Source: Mobula hypostoma (Eukaryota). Taken from it: 64,000 nt of DNA. The stretch covers positions 2,294,001 through 2,358,000 of the forward strand of contig NC_086098.1 in assembly GCF_963921235.1 (NCBI RefSeq), given 5' to 3'. Of the stretch, positions 47,420 through 60,509 are shown piece by piece. The position numbers were made by a program, and so were the translations under genes. Under the pieces are notes generated by a model, which saw nothing but the letters and a program-made list of their open reading frames with translations, was not told where the DNA came from and did not search any database. Each line of letters opens with the position of its first letter. Position 1 is the first letter of the stretch.

Positions 47420-47590
47420 ATAGAATGTGTGGGTTTACTCTGGGCGCCCCGATCTCCTCCCACAGACCAACAGCATACTGAGTGATTGTAAATTGCCCTG
47501 AGGTTAGTTTAGGGTAAAATCAGGATTATCGGGGTTGCTCGGCTTGAAGGTTCAAAGGGCCTTCTTCACACTGTATCACTAAACAAATAA
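47420..47590 (+). mobile_element. V-SINE fragment
   Basis: gtgtgggtttactctgggcgccccgatctcctcccacagaccaa...gaagg...actgtatcactaaacaaataa. Confidence 0.6.
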
Positions 47591-48224
47591 GCAGTTTGAA
47601 TGCGCAATCAACCCATATACACTACCACACTATTTTTTGCTCCGTTTTTGCACTACTTGTGCAAAAAAACTAATTTGTAGTTTTTTTTATTTGCATATAT
47701 TGAAATGTATTGCTGCTACAAAACAACAAATTTCAAGATATATGCCAGTGATGTTAAATCTGATTCTGATTCTTTGCACTCAAATGTCATGAAGAAAACG
47801 ATTCCTTAAATCGCTTCATTGTGGGTAGAAATTAACCAATGGAATGTCTGTAACCCTTTGTTAGTTTGACAATGAGGAAATAATTTGTTAACGAATCAAA
47901 ATAGATACGTTCCAATTTTAATGAAAAATTTCCATTTCTAGAGATAAATCAATAGTCAAAATTTGTTTAACCATGTTGTAGTCTGACCCAGATAAAACTT
48001 GCTCAATTAGACTGAATGGGATTGAAAAGGTTGCGTGAAAATTATAGCTTTAGCATTAATAATTATGAAGTTCAGGACAATACAGTATATTACTGGCACT
48101 TTATAAAGCTGCATATTTATCTATACAATAAAAAAGCCATTTCTCTTAAAGCAAGGTCACTGAGCGGGTGTAAATTTCAACAATTCAGCAAATTGGCCTA
48201 TTTAAACTGGCAAAAGGGATATTT

Positions 48225-48420
48225 TGCTCTCTCTCTCTCACACACACACACTCTTTCACCCTCCCTCCCTCACGCTCTATTTTTCTCACCCTCCCTCTTC
48301 CTCACCATCCCTCTCTCTCACACACACTGAAACACACGTTTTCTCATACATACACTCACCCCTCCCTCTCCCCTCTCTCTCACACACACACTCTACACCT
48401 CCCACTCTCTCTCTCTATAG
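48225..48420. repeat. (CT)n/(CA)n compound low-complexity tract
   Basis: ctctctctctctcacacacacacac and repeated ccctccctc units. Confidence 0.85.
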
Positions 48421-48949
48421 TTATTATGCATTATCATTCCCCTATGCTGTGAGCTAAAAAACAGTGAGAAAGGAAATGATATTTAAAATGAGAAAGTGTG
48501 AGTGCTGAAGAGAAACAGAGTGCATCATTTTGTGTTTCTAATCTCGCTCACCGGAGAAAGAAAATGTCCTCTGCTAATCTGCGTGATCTGCACTTCTCGG
48601 GATGAAGGAAACAAAATATTGCTATGGTAATGCCTTGTCCAAAAGAGATGACAAATGATTCAAGAAAGCCCTTACACTCTTCAGCCAATCCTTTGGGCAG
48701 CAAGCACCAGGAAGAGTACATGGAAATACAGGCTTTTAATCTACTCAGCTAGCATGTGGAGTGAATGCAGCATCAAAACGATTCCTTCAAAAAACAAATC
48801 AAGTGATAGAGTATTCAGAACATAGTTTTTCTTTGGTAGAGTGTAGTTGGGAAATACAGAATCGCAGGGTCATAGCACTAGAGAAAATGTTCAAAGTAAG
48901 TCTATTATCAAAGTACATATGTCACCAAATACATTTTTCTGTGGGCATA

Positions 48950-51822
48950 ATCATTAAATGCATGCAGCATAAAGAATAAAGTGGATGATCTTGTCATACA
49001 GCTACAGATTGGCAGGTATGATATTGTGGCCATCACTGAGACCTGGCTAAAGGATGCATGTCTCTGGGAGCTGAACGTCCAAGGATACACGGTGTATCGG
49101 AAGGATAGGAAGGTAGGCAGAGGGGGAGGCGTGACTTTATTGGTAAGAAATGATACTAAATCATTAGAAAGAGGTGATATAGGATCAGAAGGTATAGCAT
49201 CTTTATAGGTTGAGCTAAGAAATAGCAGGGGTAAAAGGACCCTGATGGCAGTTATTTATAGGCCTCCAAACAGCTGCAGGGATGTGGACTACAAATTACA
49301 ACTGGAAATAGAAAAGGCTTGTCAGAAGGGCAGTGTTATGATAATTGTGGGAGATTTTAACATGTGAGTAGATTGGGAAAAGCAGGTCAGCACTGGATCT
49401 CAAGAGAAAGAGTTTGTAGAATGTCTGCAAGATGACTTTTTAGAACAGCTTGTTGTTGAGTCCACTAGGGGAACGGCTGTGCTGGATTGGGTATTGTGTA
49501 ATGAACCGGAGGTGATTAGAGAGATTGAGATGAAGGAACCCTTAGGAGGCAGTGATCATAACATGATTGAGTTCACTGTGAAATTTTAAAAAGAGAAGCC
49601 GAAATCTGATGTGTCGGTGTTTCAGTGGAGTAAAGGAAATTACAGTGGCATGAGAGAGGAACTGGCCAAAGTTGACTGGAAAGGGACACTGGCGGGAAGG
49701 ACAGCAGAGCAGCAGTGGCTGGAGTTTATGTGAGAAATGAGGAATGTGCAAGACAGGTATATTCCAAAAAAGAAATTTTCGAGTGGAAAAAGGATGCAAC
49801 AGTGGTTGACAAGAGAAGCCAAAGCCAAAGTTAAAGCAAAGGAGAGGGCATACAAGGACACAAAAATTAGTGGGAAGACAGAGGATTGGGAAGTTTTTAA
49901 AACCTTACAAAAGGAAACCAAGAAGGTCATTAAGAGAGAAAAGATTAACTATGAAAGGAAGCTAGCAAATAATATCAAAGAGGATACTAAAAGCTTTTTC
50001 AAGTATATAAAGAGTAAAAGACAGGTGAGAGTAGAGATAGGACTGATAGAAAATGATGCTGGAGAAATTGTAGTGGGAGATAAGGAGATGGCAGAGGAAC
50101 TGAACGAGTATTTTGCATCAGTCTTCACTGAGGAAGACATCAGCAATATACCGGACACTCAAGGGTGGCAGGGAAGAGAAGTGTGCGCAGTCACAATTAC
50201 GACAGAGAAAGTACTCAGGAAGCTGAATAGGCTAAAGGTAGATAAATCTCCTGGACCAGGTGGAATGCACCCTCGTGTTCTGAAGGAAGTAGCTGTGGAG
50301 ATTGCGGAGGCATTAGCGATGATCTTTCAAAAGTCAATAGATTTTGGCATGGTTCCGGAAGACTGGAAGATTGCAAATGTCACTCCGCTATTTAAGAAGG
50401 CAAGGAAGCAAAAGGGAAATTATAGACCTGTTAGCTTGACATCGGTGGTTGGGAAGTTGTTGGAGTCAATTGTCAAGGATGAGGTTACAGAGTACCTGGA
50501 GGCATATGACAAGATAGGCAGAACTCAGCATGGATTCCTTAAAGGAAAATCCTGCCTGACAAACCTATTACAATTTTTTGAGGAAATTACCAGTAGGCTA
50601 GACAAGGGAGATGCAGTGGATGTTGTATATTTGGATTTTCAGAAGGCCTTTGACAAGGTGCCACACATGAGACTGCTTAACAAGATAAGAGCCCATGGAA
50701 TTACGGGAAAGTTACATACGTGGATAGAGCGTTGGCTGATTGGCAGGAAACAGAGAGTGGGAATAAAGGGATCCGATTCTGGTTGGCTGCCGGTTACCAG
50801 TGGTGTTCCACAGAGGTCCGTGTTGGGGCCGCTTCTTTTTACATTGTACATCAACGAATTGGATTATGGAATAGATGGCTTTGTGGCTAAGTTTTCTGAC
50901 GATACGAAGATAGGTGGAGGGGCCGATAGTGCTGAGGAAACGGAGAGTCTGCAGAGAGACTTGGATAGATTGGAAGAATGGGCAGAGAAGTGGCAAATGA
51001 AATACAATATTGGAAAGTGTATGGTTATGCACTTTGGCAGGAAGAATAAACAGGTAGACTATTATTTAAATGGGGAAAGAATTCAAAGTTCTGAGATACA
51101 ACGGGATTTGGGAGTCCTTGTACAGGATACCCTTAAAGTTAACCTCCAGGTTGAGTCGGTAGTGAAGAAGGCGAATGCAATGTTGGCATTCATTTCTAGA
51201 GGAATAGAGTATAGGAGCAGGGATGTGATGTTGAGGCTCTATAAGGCACTGGTGAGACCTCACTTGGAGTACTGTGGGCAGTTTTGGTCTTATTTAAGAA
51301 AGGATGTGCTGATGTTGGAGAGGGTACAGAGAAGATTCACTAGAATGATTCCGGAAATGAGAGGATTAATATATGAGCAATATTTGTCTGCTCTTGGACT
51401 GTATTCCTTGGAGTTTAGAAGAATGAGGGGAGACCTCATAGAAACATTTCGAATGTTAAAAGGTATGGACAGAGTGGATGTGGCAAAGTTGTTTCCCATG
51501 ATGGGGGAGTCTAGTACGAGAGGGCATGACTTAAGGATTGAAGGGCGCCCATTCAGAACAGAAATGCGAAGAAATTTTTTTAGTCAGAGGGTGGTGAATC
51601 TATGGAATTTGTTGCCACAGGCGGCAGTGGAGGCCAAGTCATTGGGTGTATTTAGGGCAGAGATTGATAGGTATCTTAGTAGCCAGGGCATCAAAGGTTA
51701 TGGTGAGAAGGTGGGGGAGTGGGACTAAATAGGAGAATGGATCAGCTCATGATAAAATGGCTGAGCAGACTCGATGGGCCGAATGGCCGACTTCTGCTCC
51801 TTTGTCTTCTGGTCTTATGGTC
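48950..51822 (+). mobile_element. CR1 LINE ORF2: APE with stops plus open 663-aa RT part
   Basis: YDIVAITETWL, ORF 49737-51728 (QHGF, KAFDKVPH, FSDD); inserted into a minus-strand Rex1-type tail (48885-48950 / 51823-51970). Confidence 0.95.
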
Positions 51823-51971
51823 TAACACAAGAAACAATAGAGTCTATGAGAAACCACACCCAACAGGACGAGCAAACAATCCATGTGCAAAAGACAACAA
51901 ATTGTGCAAATACAAGAGGAAAGAAAAAAAAGAAATAATAATAACAAAATAAAAATAAAGAACAAATATAT

Positions 51972-52912
51972 CATGGCAGTGGTTAGTGTAGTATTTTAGA
52001 GCAACAGCAGTCCAGGTTGAACTTTTGCTGCTGTCTGTAAGGTCACGTTCTCCCTGTGACCACAGGGGTTTCCTCCGATCGCAGTGCTATTTGATTGTTC
52101 AGTGAGGTCATCGCATGTCCCGAAGGAAGAGCGGCATGGGATTGTATCGGTTAGTGTAATGCTTTACAGAGTCAATGATCACTAGTCACGTTCAATTCCC
52201 ACAGCTGTCTGAAAGGAGTTTGTATGTTCTCCCCGTGACAGTGCGGGTTTCCTCTGGGGTGCTGAAGATTCTTCCCACATTCCAAAGACGTACAGATAGA
52301 GTTCGTGAGTTGTGGGCATGTTGGTGTCAGAAACATGCTCCCAGCACATCCTGGGCCAGTTTCGGTCATTAACACCACAATGAGTTTCACTGAATGTTTC
52401 AATGCACATGTGACAAATAAAGCTGATCTTCAATTCACTTTATTGTCAGTCCTTTAGGCAGCTCGACATGGTTAAATGTTAGGTGAGAAAAGGATTAGGA
52501 TTATTTGTGAAGTGTTAATGAATTCATTGTGACTATAAAACAATATATCACTAACAGAAATATATACAGTACAATTTAGAATCTATATGAGGGGACAAAA
52601 TCTTTTACTTTGAATTTTCAATGACACATCATCGTCCAAAATACTATACATAAAATAATAATTTTATACAGTTTAAAACTGGGGCATGGTTATCAGGACA
52701 TTGGAATTCAGAGTTCAGTTCTGATGCTATCTGCAGGAAGTTTATGTGTCCCTCCCCATGACTGCGTGGGTGCTCTACAGGTGCTCTGGTTTCCACCCAC
52801 AGTCTAAATTCTCTTATGATTAGGCGAGGGTTATATTGGTGGGTTGCTGAATGGTGTGGCTCATTTTCCCAGAGGGGCCTGTTCTACACCGTATCTCTAA
52901 ATAAATAAATAA
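51972..52912 (+). mobile_element. Cluster of three V-SINE copies (~51972-52080, 52130-52435, 52680-52912)
   Basis: Repeated gttcaattcc...ctgtctg...ggagtttgtatgttctccccgtgac...gggtttcctc motif. Confidence 0.7.
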
Positions 52913-52951
52913 GTGTGTGCGCGCGCGCGCGTGTGTGCATGTGTGCGCACA
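52913..52951. repeat. Alternating purine-pyrimidine (GT/GC) tract
   Basis: gtgtgtgcgcgcgcgcgcgtgtgtgcatgtgtgcgcaca. Confidence 0.85.
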
Positions 52952-53304
52952 AGCGCGCTAAAATGTGACGATATTTCAGAAAACTGCCTTCCATTTATTG
53001 ATAGTACTCACTTGTACACTAATTTGCAACATTACCCCTTGGTAACCAAAATAAATATTTTTTGCAGGTACTGGAGATGAAGTAAAAACAGGTCAGACTG
53101 CATCTGTCAGAAGAGAGACAATGCTGGTGTTTCAGCATTTCTAATAGGGATAAAAACAATAAAGGGTGTAGATACTCAGAAGGTCAGGAAGCAGCTATGG
53201 AGAGAGGAGTGAATGAATTAGACCAATAAACCTCATGAAAACCAGAAAAAGTTAGAAACGTATATTAGACATCGATAGCTCTCTTCACAGGGACTCCCTG
53301 GCAT

Positions 53305-53600
53305 AAAGATTAAATATAAAAGAAAATTTTATTTGTCACATGTACATCAAAACATACAGTTAAATGTGGCATTTGTGACAATGACCAACGCATTGCAAAG
53401 GTTATGCTGGGGCAGTCTGCAAATGTCAGCACAATTCCAACATCAGCATATCATGCCCAGACTGTGTGTCACTGGACCGCGGGAGGGAAGCAGAGCAGCC
53501 GGGAAAATCCTCGTGGTCCCAGGGAGAAAACTAAAACACCTCACAGGCAGTGGAGGGGGTTGAACCCCCGAATGGTAATCACTGATGTTGTAAAGTGACC
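53305..53600 (-). mobile_element. V-SINE copy, reverse of the 52130-52435 type
   Basis: tttatttgtcacatgtacatcaaaacatacag tail and gggagggaagcagagcagccgggaaaatcc V-domain reverse complement. Confidence 0.65.
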
Positions 53601-53644
53601 CTGATGAATATTTCAGATTTCCAGCATCTTTTTTTTTTGTAAAG

Positions 53645-55760
53645 GACTGGAAGACATAGGAGCAGGCAGAGGCCATTCAGCCCATCGATTTTGCTCCAGT
53701 AGTCCATCATGGCTGATCCTGGATCCCACTCCACCTCATACACCTGCCTTCTCGTCATGAACTTTGATGCCCTGACCAATCAGGAAACTATCAATTTCTG
53801 ACTTAGGTATTCCCACAGGCTTGGCTTCTGCTGCAGTCCACAGATTTACTATCCACTGGATAAATATATTCCACCTTACCTCTGTCCTAAAAGGCTGCCT
53901 CTCAATTTTGAGGCTCTGCCCCTTAGTTCAGGATACTCCCACCATAGGAGGCATCTTCTCCACATCCACCTTATCAAGTCCTTCCAACATTTGGTAGGAT
54001 AACAATGAGATACCACTGTATTCTTCTAAATATCAGTGAGTACAGGCCCAAGGCTGCTAAATACTCCTCATATGTTAACCACTTCATTCCTGGAATCATC
54101 CTGATGAACCTCCTCTGATCTTTCTCCAATGATAACACATCCTTTCCAAGATAATGAAGCCCAAAGCCATAGACAATACTCCAAAAGTGACCAACTAGTG
54201 TCTTATAAAGGCTCAGCATTATCTCCTTGCTTTTATATTCTATTCCCATTGAAATAAATGCCAACATTATATTTGCCTTTTTTACCACAGACTCAAACAG
54301 TAATTTAACCTTCTGAGAGTCTTGCATGAGGACTCTCAAGTCCCTCTGCACCTCTGATATTTGAACCTTCTCCCCATTTAGATAATAGTTCACACTATTG
54401 TTCTTTTTAACAAAATACATTATCATACATTTCCCAACGCTGTATTCCATCTGTCACGTTTTTGTCAAAGTCCTGCTGAAATCGCATTACCTCCTCGACA
54501 CTACCTACCCCTCCACTTATCTTCACATCATCCACTAACTTTGCCGCAAAGCCATCAATTCCATTATCTACGCAAACAACAGGAATTCTGCAGCTGCTGG
54601 AAATTCAAGCAACACACATCAAAGTTGCTGGTGAACGCAGCAGGCCAGGCAGCATCTCTAGGAAGAGGTACAGTCGACGTTTCAGGCTGAGACCCTTCGT
54701 CAGGGTCTCGGCCTGAAACGTCGACTGTACCTCTTCCTAGAGATGCTGGCTGGCCTGCTCAATTCCATTATCTAAATCATTGACAAACAATGTGAAAAGT
54801 AGCAGTCCCAATACTGACCCCCTGAGGAATACCACTAGTCACTGGCAACCAACCAGAAAAGGTCCCTTTTATTCCCACTCACTGCCTCCTGCCTGTCAGC
54901 CATTCCATTATCCATGCCAGTAATTTTCCTGTAAAACCATAAGCTTTTATCTTGTTAAGCAGCCTCATGTGTGGCACCCTATCAAATGCCTTCTGAAAAT
55001 CCACGTAAGTGATATCCACTGCTATTCTTTGTCCACCCTGCTTGTTACTTCTTCAAAGAACTCTAACAGATTTGTCAGGGTAGATTTTCCTTCACAGAAA
55101 CCATGCAGACTTTGACTTATTTTGACATTAGTCGCCAAGTACCTTGAAACCTCATTCTTAATATTAGACTCCAACACTTTCCCGACTACTGAGGTTAGGC
55201 TAACTGATCTATAACTTGCTTTCTTTTATCTTCCTCCCTTCTTAAAGAGTGGAGTGACATTTGCAATTTTCCAATCCTCTAAGGCCATGCCAGAAACAAG
55301 CGATGCTTGAAAGTTTGTGACCAATGTATCGGTTATCACTTCAGCAACCTCTCTCAGGACTCTGGAATGCAGTCCATCTTGTCCAGGTGACTTATCCACC
55401 TTAAGACCTTTCAGTTTACCTGGCACTTTTTCCTCTGTAATAGTAATGCCACTCACTCCTGCTCCCTGACACACTGCTAATGTCTTCCACAGCGAAGACT
55501 GATGCAAAATACCAGATGCAATGGTCCAATATCAATTCTCACTTCCATTTTACTCATATTTCATCTTTTCCCTACTCATAGCTTTTTAGTTGCCTTTTGT
55601 TGGATTTAAAAAGTTTCTCAATAATCCAACATCCCACTCACTTTTGCTACCTTATATGCCCTTTCCTTGGCTTTTATGCAGTCCTGCACCCCCCTTGTCA
55701 GTGTTGGTTGCCCACCCCTGCCATTTGAGAACTTTTTCTTCTGTGGGACATATCTATGCA
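53645..55760 (-). mobile_element. Degenerate CR1 ORF2, host of the fold-back pLTR insertion
   Basis: ORFs 53974-54450 and 55226-55507 (DKSPGQDGLH, DWKIANVTPLFKKG). Confidence 0.92.
54571..54758. mobile_element. Penelope pLTR-only fold-back insertion inside a CR1 ORF2
   Basis: 16-bp TSD TCAATTCCATTATCTA at 54555-54570 and 54759-54774; 58-bp inverted arms (54639-54696 / 54702-54759, two mismatches) around a 5-nt loop; hammerhead boxes CTGACGA...GAAACGTC on the minus strand. Confidence 0.9.
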
Positions 55761-55764
55761 GCAC

Positions 55765-58700
55765 CTTGGGGAGGCCAAATTTGGAGTATTGTGTGCACTC
55801 TTGGTCACCTAAATAAGATTGAAAGAGTGTAGAGAAGACTTCTAAGATGTTGCCAGGTCTGAGGACCTGAGTCAGAGGGAGCAGTAGAACAGGCTGAGAC
55901 TTTATTCCCTAAGATGTAGAAGATTGAGTGTGTTGGCATGGTTAGTGAATTGGTTAACCCAATAGAAGGCAGAGAGTTGGTATAAATGGGTGTTTCTCCG
56001 GTTGGCAGTCAGTGGTGAGTGGGGTGCCGCAGGGGTCGGTGCTGGGCCCACAGCTGTTTACCATTTACATTGATGATTTGGAAGAGGGGACTGAGTGTAG
56101 CATAGCAAAATATGCTGACGACACTAAACTGAGTGGAAAAGCGAATTGTACTGAGGATGTACAGAGTCTGCAGCGGGATATAGATAGGTTAAGTGAGTGG
56201 GCCAAGGTCTGGCAGATGGAATACAATGTTCGTAAATGCGAGATCATCCACTTTGGAAGGAATAATAGAAGAGCAGATTATTATTTAAATGGTGAAAGAT
56301 TGCAGCATGCTGTTGTACAGAGGGACTTGGGAGTGCTTGTCTATGAATCACAAAAAGTTGGCTTGCAGGTATAACAGGTTGTTAAGAAGGCAAATGGAAT
56401 GTTGGCCTTCATTGCTAGAGGGATTGAATTCAAGAGCAGGGAGGTCATGCTGCAACTGTACAGGGTACTGGTGAGGCCGCACCTGGAGTACTGTGTGCAG
56501 TTCTGGTCTCCATACCTGAGGAAGGATATACTGACTTTGGAGGCAGTGCAGAGGAGGTTCACCAGGTTGATTCCAGGGATGAAGGGGTTAACCTATGAGG
56601 AGCGATTGAGTCGCCTGGGACTATACCCTCTAGAATTCAGAAGAATGAGAGGAGATCTTATAGAAACATTCAAAATTTTGAAAGGGATATATAACATAGA
56701 AGTAGGAAAGTTGTTTCCATTGGTGGGTGAGACTAGAACTAGGGGGCATTGCCTCAAGATTCAGGGGAGAAGATTTAGGACGGAGATGAGGAGAAACTGT
56801 TTTTCCCAGAGAGTGGTGAATCTGTGGAATTCTCTGCCCAGGGAAGCAGCTGAGGCTTCCTCACTAAATATATATAAGAAACAGTTAGATAGGTTTTTAC
56901 ATAGTAAGGGAATTAAGGGTTATGGGGAAAAGGCAGGTAGATGGAGCTGAGTTTACAGACTGATCAGCCATGATCTTATTGAATGGCGGGGCAGGCTCGA
57001 TGGGCCGGATGGCCTACTCCTGCTCCTATTTCTTATGTTCTTATTTTGAGATTTGATAGAGCTATACAAAATGATGAGAGGTATAGATAGAATAAATACA
57101 AGCAGGCCTTGGGTGGGACTTTGGCTTTGGACCACTGGAAAATGATGCTGGTGAGGTAGTAATGGGAGACAAAGAAATGGCAGATGAACTTAATGGGCGC
57201 TTTGCATCTGTCTTCACTGTGGAAGACACTAGCAGTGTGCCAAAGGTCCCTGAGTAACAGGGAGTAGGAGTTAGTGCCATTGCTATTACATGATACAAAG
57301 ATTGGAGGTGTAGTAGACAGTGAGGAAGGTTTTCAGAGCCTGCAGAGGGACTTGGACCAGCTGGAAAAATGGGCTGAAAAATGGCAGATGGAGTTTAATG
57401 CAGACAAGTGTAAGGTATTGCACGTTAGAAGGACAAACCAAGGTAGAACATACAGGGTTAATGGTAAGGCACTGAGGAGTGCAGTGGAACAGAGGGATCT
57501 GGGAATACAGATACAAAATTCCCTAAAAGTGGCGTCACAGGTAGATAGTGTCGTAAAGAGAGCTTTTGGTACATTGGCCTTTATTAATCAAAGTATTGAG
57601 TATAAGAGCTGGAATGTTATGATGAGGTTGTATAAGGCATTGGTGAGGCCGAATCTGGAGTATTCTGTTCAGTTTTGGTCACCAAATTACAGGAAGGATA
57701 TAAATAAGGTTGAAAGAGTGCAGAGAAGGTTTACAAGGATGTTGCCAGGACTTGAGAAACTCAGTTACAGAGAAAGGTTGAATAGGTTAGGACTTTATTC
57801 CCTGGAGCGTAGAAGAATGAGGGGAGATTTGATAGAGATATATAAAATTATGATGGGTATAGATAGAGTGAATGCAAGCAGGCTTTTTCCACTGAGGCAA
57901 GGGGAGAAAAAAACCAGGGGACATGGGTTAAGGGTGAGGGGGGAAAAGTTTAAAGGGAACATTGGGGGGGCTTCTTCACACAGAGAGTGGTGGGAGTATG
58001 GAATGAGCTGCCAGACGAGGTGGTAAATGTGGGTTCTTTTTTAACATTTAAGAATAAATTGGACAGATACATGGATGGGAGGTGTATGGAGGGATATGGT
58101 CCGTGTGCAGGTCAGTGGGACTAGGCAGAAAATGGTTCGGCACAGCCAAGAAGGGCCAAAAGGCCTGTTTCTGTGCTGTAGTTTCTATGGTTTCTAAAGG
58201 AAAAAGTGCTAGGCAAACTCAAAGGTCTTAAAGTGAATAAGTCACTAGGGCCAGATGAATTACATCCCAGAGTCATGATAGAGAATCAGAATCAGGTTTA
58301 TTATCATTGGCATGTGTCGTGAAATTTGTTAATTTCGCAGCAGCAGTTCAATGCAATACATAATACAGAAGGAAAAAAAAGTAAATTAATTTTCAGTATA
58401 CATATATTGAATAGATTAAAGGCAAAAGAGATTCATTGGTTATGATCTTTCAAGAATCACTTGATCCTGGCATGGACATGGAGGACTGGAATGTTGCAAA
58501 TGTCACTCCACACTTTAAGAAGGGATGAAGACAAAAGAAAGCAAATTATAGATCAGTTAGCTTAACCTCAGTGGTTGGGAAAGTGTTGGAGTCTATCATT
58601 AGGGTTGAGGTTTCGGGGTACTTGGAGTCCAATGATAAAATAAGTCAAAGTCAACATGGTTTCTGTAAAGGGAAATTTCTTCAAGGAAGTAACAAGCACG

Positions 58701-59700
58701 GTGGACAAAGGAGAGGCAGTGGATATCATTTACTTGGATTTTCAGAAGGTGTTTGATAATGTGCCACACTTGAGGCTGTTTAATAAGATAAAATCCTATG
58801 GCGTTACAGGAAAGATATTGGCATGGATAGCAGAATGGCTGACAGGCAGGAGGTAGTGAGTGGGAATAAAAGGGTCCTTTTCTGGTTGGCTGCCAGTGAC
58901 GAGGTCAGTATTGATACTGCTGCTTTTGACATTGTTTGTCAATGATTTAGATAATGGAATTGATGGCTTTGTGGCAAAGTTAGCGGATGATAGGTGGAGG
59001 GGTAGGTAGTGCTGAGGAAGCAATGTGATTGCAGCAGGAATTTGACAAATTGGAAGAATGGTCAAAAAAGTGGAGATGAAATAGTGTTGGGAAATGTCTG
59101 ATAATGTATTTTGGTAAAAGGAACAACAGTACGGACTATTATCTAACTGGGGAGAAGATTCAAACATCAGAGGTGCAGAGGGACTTCGGAGTCTTCATGC
59201 AAGACTCCCAGAACATTAAATTACAGGTTGAGTCTGTGGTAAAGATACCAGATGCAATGTTGGTATTTATTTCAAGGGGAATAGAATAACTCCCTGGAAT
59301 TTAGAAGAATGTGGGGGGATCTCATTGACACTTCCAGAATGTAGAAAGGACTAGATAGGGTGGATGTGGAGAGGATGTTTCCTCTGGTGGGGGTATCCAG
59401 AACTAGAGGGCACAGCCTCAAAATTGAGGGGCCACTCTTTAGAACACAGATAATGAGGATTCTTTTTAGCCAGAGTGTAGTAACTCTGTGGAATGCTCTG
59501 CCACAGACTGTGGTGGAGGCCATGTCCAAGGGTACCTTTAAGGCAGAAGCTGATCGTTTCCTGATCAATCGGGGTATCAGAGGATGAGGTGAGGTGTATG
59601 GGGTTGAGCAGGTTCCAGGATCAGCCATGATGGAATGGCAGAGCAGACGATGGTCTGAATAGCCTCATTCTTTTCTTATATCAAATGGTCATATAGTCTA
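55765..59700 (+). mobile_element. Nested CR1 pile: A (55765-55928 + 57046-57120) interrupted by B (55929-57045); C (57128-57290 + 58196-59700) interrupted by D (57291-58195) and by a Rex1 tail (58283-58420)
   Basis: RT motifs in ORFs 56012-56374, 56399-56950 and 57274-58026; host sequences rejoin as gaagattgag|...gagatttgatagag and gctattaca|aaggaaaaagtgc. Confidence 0.9.
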
Positions 59701-60331
59701 ACAAAGTTCAAAGTTTCAGTCGAAGCAAGCAGCTGAGAAGAAGAGTGGAGAAATCGGGTAGAAAAAGTCGTTTTTTTTTAAACACTGCTCGGGGAGAAGG
59801 GTCTGCACTGCGCAGGCGCGTGACGTAGCGCGCCAAGGTTTAAAAGCAGACCACCATATACAGCAGACATCGCTGTAGCGGCCATCGTCGGAGTGGACTG
59901 AGTCAGAGTGGGGTGGCATTGGCTCAAACAGGCTTCGGCGAGAACAGGCAGAGGCCAGGGTAGGTTCCGCTAACTTCTTTGTTCAGATTGTCTAGCGTAG
60001 AGAGAATGCCAGACAGGATGTTGGAATGCTCCTCTTGCAGGATGTGGGAAGTCAGGGAGCCCTCCGGTGTCCCTGACAACGACACCTGCAGGAAGTGCAT
60101 CCAGCTGCAGCTCCTAACAAACCGCGTTAGGGAACTGGAGCAGGAGCTGGATGACCTGCGGATCATTCGGGAGAATGAGGAGATTATAGATAGTAGCTAC
60201 AGGGAGGTAGTTACGCCAAAGGAGCAGAGGACAGGAAATTGGGTCACTGTCAGGCGAAGGAAGAGGAAAGGGCAGGCAGAGCAGGGTTCCCCTGTGGCCA
60301 TTCCCCTCAATAACAAGTATACCACATTGGA

Positions 60332-60509
60332 GCAACACACATAAAAGTTGCTGGTGAACGCAGCAGGCCAGGCAGCATCTGTAGGAAGAGGTGCAGTCGA
60401 CGTTTCAGGCCGAGACCCTTCGTCAGGACTAACTGAAGGAAGAGTGAGTGCTTTTATGTGTGTTGCTTGAATTTCCAGCATCTGCAGAATTCCTGTTGTT
60501 TGCGTTTAA
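60332..60509. mobile_element. Penelope pLTR-only mini-insertion with internal inversion, inside CR1 ORF1
   Basis: 13-bp TSD ATACCACATTGGA at 60319-60331 and 60510-60522; inverted segments gcaacacacataaaag / cttttatgtgtgttgc; same sequence as the pLTR at 29535-29630. Confidence 0.88.
60394..60431 (-). ncRNA. Minimal type-I hammerhead ribozyme motif (Penelope pLTR type), core intact
   Basis: Minus strand UAGUC-CUGACGA-AGG-gucucgg-CCU-GAAA-CGUC^GACUG: 5-bp stem I, CUGANGA box, stem II, GAAA box, palindromic ACGU in place of stem III, predicted cleavage after GUC (60399/60398). Confidence 0.8.
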
